Below are positions 61,250 through 64,000 of a stretch of DNA of 64,000 nucleotides, piece by piece. The translations under genes and the position numbers were made by a program. How positions within the stretch are numbered: position 1 is the stretch's first letter; each line of letters starts with the position of its first letter. Source of the stretch: Candidatus Latescibacterota bacterium (GTDB lineage: Bacteria > Latescibacterota > UBA2968 > GCA-2709665); assembly GCA_965226795.1 (NCBI GenBank), contig CBDDDZ010000002.1:544001-608000 (forward strand). The letters run 5' to 3'. The notes beneath the pieces were generated by a model. The model did not search any database. It saw only the letters and a program-made list of their open reading frames with translations, and was not told where the DNA came from.

Positions 61250-61984
61250 CTCGATACGGACCACGTTTTTGACGTTCGCGCATCTGTCGTCGGTTTCAGG
61301 AACGAAAAGCCGCAACGGACCGCCCATGCGTTCCGGCAACGGATGGCCGTCCATACGGTAAACGAGAATGCCGTTTTCGACCGCCGCAGCAAGGGAGACC
61401 CGGGCAAAGAACCCGTCATCGGCCGAATGAAAAACGGCTTGGCCCGCGCTGGCGTCGATGTTCACGCCTTTCAAGAGCGCGGCAACGGATACGGCTGTCC
61501 CGCGGCGGCCGGGTAGAAGACGGCCGATGTCGTCTATCCGGTCCGCAATCCCATCGATATCCGCATACGTGAAGACCATCGGTCCGGGTAGACACCCCTC
61601 TATTGTGAGTAACGGCGCGCCGTCGTCACTGTGCAGCCCCGATACCGTCTGGTCGATGTAATCCTGCGCGATTTCGACCAGCCTTGCGTCGAAGCCGACC
61701 GTCGGCGCGACGTGGATTTCCATATCGGCATGGTCCTTGTGAAACCTGCCCACACGCTGTCGGATACGACGCAAAACCTGTTCGTCCTCGCGAAACAGGA
61801 ACGGCAGGACCGCGATCCGCTCCGCTCCGCGTTGAACGCACGCCGCCAGCGCGTCTTCAAGGGCCGGATGGCCATTCAGGACGCCGGCTTCTACCGCGAC
61901 GCCCCGATCCCGAAGCGCGTCGACAACCCGCGTCAGGCAGTTGTCATCCGCACGACCCGCAACAAGCACGGTGGCGTGGGACAT
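61241..61984 (-). CDS. CbiX/SirB-like domain fused to a molybdopterin-oxidoreductase (sulfite oxidase family)-like domain
   Basis: PALEDALAACVQRGAERIAVLPFLF and PTVGFDARL, followed by YRMDGHPLPERMGGPLRLFVP..CANVKNVVRIEL; RBS GGAGG. Confidence 0.7.
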   Translation of the reverse strand: MSHATVLVAGRADDNCLTRVVDALRDRGVAVEAGVLNGHPALEDALAACVQRGAERIAVLPFLFREDEQVLRRIRQRVGRFHKDHADMEIHVAPTVGFDARLVEIAQDYIDQTVSGLHSDDGAPLLTIEGCLPGPMVFTYADIDGIADRIDDIGRLLPGRRGTAVSVAALLKGVNIDASAGQAVFHSADDGFFARVSLAAAVENGILVYRMDGHPLPERMGGPLRLFVPETDDRCANVKNVVRIELI

Positions 61985-62096
61985 TGAATTACCTCCATCG
62001 CGCGATGGCAATTGTCTCGCATGTTCGACCGGTCCGAGGATCGGGTCGGACGAATCCATCGCTTCACTCGCGACCGCGCGGTCGCCCCGTTAGAGT

Positions 62097-62234
62097 ATGT
62101 TCCCCTTCTTCGATGATCTTCCGCTTCTCGTTCGAGTGGTTCTGCTGATTTCCGCCGTGCTCGTACTGGTGGTCGGCGCCGGCCTGGTCTGGCGAATGGT
62201 CAAGGCCGTGTTGGGAAGGAAAAACAGCGGCTGA
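62097..62234 (+). CDS. 45-aa single-pass membrane protein
   Basis: MFPFFDDLPLLVRVVLLISAVLVLVVGAGLVWRMVKAVLGRKNSG; below the ORF-track length cutoff. Confidence 0.5.
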   Translation: MFPFFDDLPLLVRVVLLISAVLVLVVGAGLVWRMVKAVLGRKNSG

Positions 62235-62432
62235 CCCGCCGGTCGCAAAATCCTTCCCTGAGTCAACCTTAACCGCAAACCACCGCGACAGGCTCCATAA
62301 TACGCGCTACTCATCCTGTCGCATCGTTGTTACCGATCAAGCCGATCGTGATCCACACATATAAGTGTGTGTGGATTTGCCAATACCTTGATTTTGCGGC
62401 AGTTATTCCCAACCGCACGTCGCGTAATCACG

Positions 62433-62714
62433 CTATCTCTCCGGTCGATCCGAAGCCTTTTTCAACGTGCTTCGGGCGTAAGAGAGGGCCATAACTTCCA
62501 GGGCGTTGATGAGGTAGACGTCGCGCGCGCGGTCGTCCAGGGCCTCAGCCATCTCCCTGGCCAGCGCCGGGATTTCGGCCTCCAGGGAGGCCCTCATATC
62601 GTCCCAGCCGGAAAGGTGACCGTGTTTTTCGCGGTAGGACTCCCGCGCGGCGCGGTAGAGAGCCTTGGCGAGTTTGCGCGGGTCTCCGTCGAGCTGGATC
62701 TGAGAGTTATCCAT
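62433..62714 (-). CDS. Hypothetical helical protein (93 aa)
   Basis: GC3-rich ORF MDNSQIQLDGDPRKLAKALY...; the longer ORF call runs into the non-coding repeat. Confidence 0.55.
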   Translation of the reverse strand: MDNSQIQLDGDPRKLAKALYRAARESYREKHGHLSGWDDMRASLEAEIPALAREMAEALDDRARDVYLINALEVMALSYARSTLKKASDRPER

Positions 62715-62755
62715 TGGGATTTTGTGTTTTTGGTCGTGATTGTGGTTGATGGGGC

Positions 62756-62981
62756 GGCGTGCCCGGACACAGGATTCTGAGGTTGCGGTCTGATGTATAT
62801 GAGCAGACAAGAATGTCTGCTCCACCTTTTCAAGCCTTTGTTCGCGGTATTGCTTGAGCGCATTAACCAACTGCGACAAAACGCCTGTACTTGCTTCCAC
62901 TTCCCGAAGCAGCAAATGTCACCTGACTGCGTGCGGTGACGCACATGCAGGCTGGTCAGGACGCCTCCATCGAAGGCGCCT
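62756..62981 (-). repeat. ~230-bp structured non-coding element including a REP (copy 2)
   Basis: Homologous to 16796-17028; REP at 62801-62826. Confidence 0.85.
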
Positions 62982-63012
62982 ACCAGTCGGACGACACGAA
63001 ATCCATGATCCG

Positions 63013-64000
63013 CTATTCGCTCGAGCCGACAGGTTCAAAGAGGACCGTATCGCCGACCACGTAGTCCACGATTTGTACCCATGCGCCGGGCGCGAGATTG
63101 CGCAGCCGGTCGCCGTCGCCTCTATTGGGGTCGATGCGGACGGTGGTGCGGACGCGGCCGGGCGGCCAGGAACCCTCATTGCTCGCGTTGGAAATTACGG
63201 CCCAGTCGTCATTCGCGCCGGTCTGGATCCGCGTACCGTTGAGATTGCCGGATTTGGCCAGGATGTGAAAGCCGAAGTCGATCCTGCCGCTTTCGGCGGC
63301 GACCACCTTCGCGCGCCCGAGGAGCGAGGTGACGTCGAGCGTGAGTCGACTGACCCGGACGCCCGCGTCCTCGGCGGCTTCAACGCGATAGCTGTGCGCC
63401 CTGCCGTCCGGGTTGACGGTGATGCGGTCGCCCGCAGCGATGCCCTCCAGGCCTTCCACGTCGACCGTACACGCGTCCCTGTTGAGGGCGACGATGCGGC
63501 CGGTTTGATGGGCGTGACTGATTGCGAGTGACGCCGCGGAGTCCTGGAATGCGGATGCGCCTACGGTTGAAATCCGACCGTTGACCACGGTCGCCAGGGC
63601 GCCGTGTAACGTGACCCCGTCTTCAAAGCGCGTGGCGTCCTCGGGACCGGCATCGGGCGCCCAGTAAAGGGCGATTTCCTTGCCATGCGCGGTGGTGAGC
63701 CGCACGCCGGCGGCGGTGGGAGACTGCGCGGGAACGGCGACCGCTTCGGCAAGGGTCGGTTCGCCGATCCGGGGTTCGAATACCAGATCGACGCATGTGG
63801 TATCGTCTTGCGGCGTCCGCCGCCAGATGACGGGCTGATACAGGTAGTTGGACGTTTCGGGGGTACCCATCGACTGCGCCGCGCGGGCCGTGAACAGACG
63901 GGTTTCCGGGGAAACGTTGACCTGATGGAGATCCATGTGGACGGTGCGCTCGGCCTGCGATTGCCAGGCCCCGCTGAAGGCCGGCGGCGCTGGGCCGGCC
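63013..64000 (-). CDS. C-terminal part of a large beta-rich protein (possibly heparinase II/III-like); 5' end beyond the right edge
   Basis: The frame is open to the window end and has typical codon bias; the family guess is weak. Confidence 0.6.
   Translation of the reverse strand, partial: AGPAPPAFSGAWQSQAERTVHMDLHQVNVSPETRLFTARAAQSMGTPETSNYLYQPVIWRRTPQDDTTCVDLVFEPRIGEPTLAEAVAVPAQSPTAAGVRLTTAHGKEIALYWAPDAGPEDATRFEDGVTLHGALATVVNGRISTVGASAFQDSAASLAISHAHQTGRIVALNRDACTVDVEGLEGIAAGDRITVNPDGRAHSYRVEAAEDAGVRVSRLTLDVTSLLGRAKVVAAESGRIDFGFHILAKSGNLNGTRIQTGANDDWAVISNASNEGSWPPGRVRTTVRIDPNRGDGDRLRNLAPGAWVQIVDYVVGDTVLFEPVGSSE

Overview
This is a GC-rich bacterial window. Secreted WD40 proteins with DFDGDGxVGFxDF EF-hand/dockerin-like tags suggest a Latescibacterota/Poribacteria-like organism, possibly host-associated; that is an inference only. 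From left to right: (1) 1-9.3 kb is a decaying defence island with a single-polypeptide R-M enzyme running off the left edge, a frameshifted DSR1-like sirtuin, an R-M/ATPase deletion chimera, an MNT-HEPN pair and a COG4637-like ATPase. (2) 9.5-14.8 kb holds a TonB-dependent receptor, a 2Fe-2S ferredoxin-HTH and a radical SAM enzyme. (3) 15-18 kb is a TA/REP patch with mazE plus a mazF stub, Phd-VapC, a RAYT remnant with REPs and a structured element, and an orphan antitoxin. (4) 18-25 kb holds two PhyH dioxygenases, a sigma54-type pspA locus, xdhC-coxE-coxD and a NUDIX gene. (5) 25-47.5 kb is a phosphate/polyphosphate super-cluster: porin-pstSCAB-phoU, divergent Pho-box arrays, a decayed TonB operon, CHAD-ParA-ppk1, and phoB-phoR split by an inserted serine hydrolase. 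(6) 47.7-54.4 kb holds RNB, RidA, an esterase, a metallophosphoesterase-GmhB fusion and a degenerate transglycosylase. (7) 54.6-61.3 kb is a WD40 block bounded by a 39-bp direct repeat, with two copies of a promoter-plus-hairpin element. (8) The end holds a CbiX-like fusion, small ORFs, a second copy of the RAYT-associated element and a partial ORF. The best candidates for something undescribed are the CHAD-ParA-Ppk1 module (possible polyP granule positioning), the ~230-bp structured element tied to REP/RAYT, and the duplicated sigma70-driven small structured RNA. All family calls come from motifs read by eye; no searches were run.
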